The position numbers and the translations under genes are program-made. From a virus (lineage: Duplodnaviria; Caudoviricetes), in the IMG/VR virus record IMGVR_UViG_3300030090_003175, positions 1-46,752 of that record: a DNA stretch of 46,752 nt. One strand, written 5' to 3'. The notes under the pieces are model-generated. The model ran no database searches, was not told the origin of the DNA, and saw nothing but the letters and a program-made list of their open reading frames with translations. Within the stretch, counting starts at the first letter, position 1. Every line of letters starts with the position of its first letter. Below, one piece after another: positions 45,915 through 46,752 of this stretch.

Positions 45915-46087
45915 TTTTTTTTAATCTTTCCATAAATGGTCATTAAACCAATTATTATAGCAATTGATAAAGATGTAAATGTTAATAATGGATTAAAATA
46001 ATTAGTATAGCTTATTATTGTAGATAAACAAGTCCAGCTAACACCTATTTCTGGGTTGTTTGCTAAAACTCTTAACGTGTCTTTCAT
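45911..46087 (-). CDS. Two-transmembrane holin-like protein, 58 aa
   Basis: MKDTLRVLANNPEIGVSWTCLSTII...LLTFTSLSIAIIIGLMTIYGKIKKN*; AAGGAG RBS. Confidence 0.6.
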   Translation of the reverse strand: MKDTLRVLANNPEIGVSWTCLSTIISYTNYFNPLLTFTSLSIAIIIGLMTIYGKIKKN

Positions 46088-46449
46088 TCATTCTCCTTGC
46101 AGTCATCCCATTTTTTTAAGTCCAGCATTGGCAAAGGCTTTTCTATCATATGGTCTTTTAATTTATCATTTTGTATTGCAACTTTATTTCCACCTTTTAT
46201 GTAAGGTTTTCCATCTGTGCATCCTACTTCATATACAAAAAGTATTGTTTTCCAAAATCCTACTCTTACTACTCTAGCTGGTCTATCATCAAATATTATT
46301 ACATCATCCGTATTTAAATCATCTCCAGCAAAAACTTTAATAGCCTCTATAAGAGACTCAATGGTATTACGTCCTATTAGGAATACAAAAGCTACAGCTG
46401 CCATCCAGCCATACTCGCCAATTAAATTCTCTATAGCTTCTTGTTCCAT
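46084..46449 (-). CDS. MscS-like mini membrane protein (one TM helix plus a beta domain)
   Basis: TM GWMAAVAFVFLIG; LNTDDVIIFDDRPARVVRVGFWKTIL...KVAIQNDKL resembles the MscS middle beta domain. Confidence 0.55.
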   Translation of the reverse strand: MEQEAIENLIGEYGWMAAVAFVFLIGRNTIESLIEAIKVFAGDDLNTDDVIIFDDRPARVVRVGFWKTILFVYEVGCTDGKPYIKGGNKVAIQNDKLKDHMIEKPLPMLDLKKWDDCKENE

Positions 46450-46752
46450 AAATCTCCATACATTAACCCTCTATGAGATTTCCCCATAAAGTTGTTTTTC
46501 CTTTTATAATTTCTACAACTTGTACATTGAAATTACCATTTTTAAAAAAATCTACTATAGCAAATGCATGATTCCAATTTGTCAATCTACCACCAAGCCA
46601 ATCTTCATCAGCTTCTATATCTTTTAAACATCCTAAACTCCAAGCACTAATTGTACCACCTCTATTAGTTTTAGTATGCCTTTGCAAATCATGCGTATGT
46701 CCATACATAATACTCTCACCATACACATCCAAATGTTTAAATGAGTGATATT
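46196..46752. repeat. Imperfect terminal direct repeat, copy B
   Basis: See 1-557. Confidence 0.95.
46463..46752 (-). CDS. 3' part of the metallophosphoesterase (second copy, truncated by the window edge)
   Basis: Protein identical to the C-terminus of 268-1047; DNA differences are synonymous. Confidence 0.85.
   Translation of the reverse strand, partial: YHSFKHLDVYGESIMYGHTHDLQRHTKTNRGGTISAWSLGCLKDIEADEDWLGGRLTNWNHAFAIVDFFKNGNFNVQVVEIIKGKTTLWGNLIEG

Noticed and set aside
1-46752. Stop-codon reassignment, tRNA genes, introns or inteins
   Set aside because: Genes are intact and densely packed in code 11 using all three stops. No tRNA-like T-arm motif was noticed. TerL and DnaB are of normal length.

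Overview
The window is an essentially complete, AT-rich, podovirus-type tailed phage genome of about 46.2 kb. Positions 1-557 recur at 46196-46752 with about 35 substitutions and no indels. The minus strand carries the virion arm: small terminase-like gene, M15 endolysin, large terminase, P22-like portal, scaffold, major capsid, decoration and LamG proteins, a split head-tail adaptor, a metallophosphoesterase, a cluster of membrane peptides including an MscS-like mini-protein, nozzle, tail fibre and four internal/ejection proteins. A divergent early region (14.4-19.5 kb) holds many tiny coupled ORFs and a T7 Ocr-like DNA mimic. The plus-strand DNA-metabolism arm has an RHH regulator, Cas4-like exonuclease, Sak-like annealase, SSB-like protein, DnaB and RuvC-like resolvase, with no recognisable polymerase, primase, initiator or stand-alone integrase. 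The best discovery candidate is the 2320-aa putative ejection protein. It contains what looks like a complete tyrosine recombinase (core-binding-like region plus R874-K915-Y965xxR968-H991-Y1000 with Xer-like spacing) followed by an HExxH zincin domain, which suggests a virion-delivered site-specific recombinase. A ~61-bp element with a 12-bp palindrome occurs twice, once intergenic beside the putative packaging site and once in frame inside the Cas4-like gene; it is a candidate origin or recombination site. All family calls come from reading motifs by eye; no searches were run.
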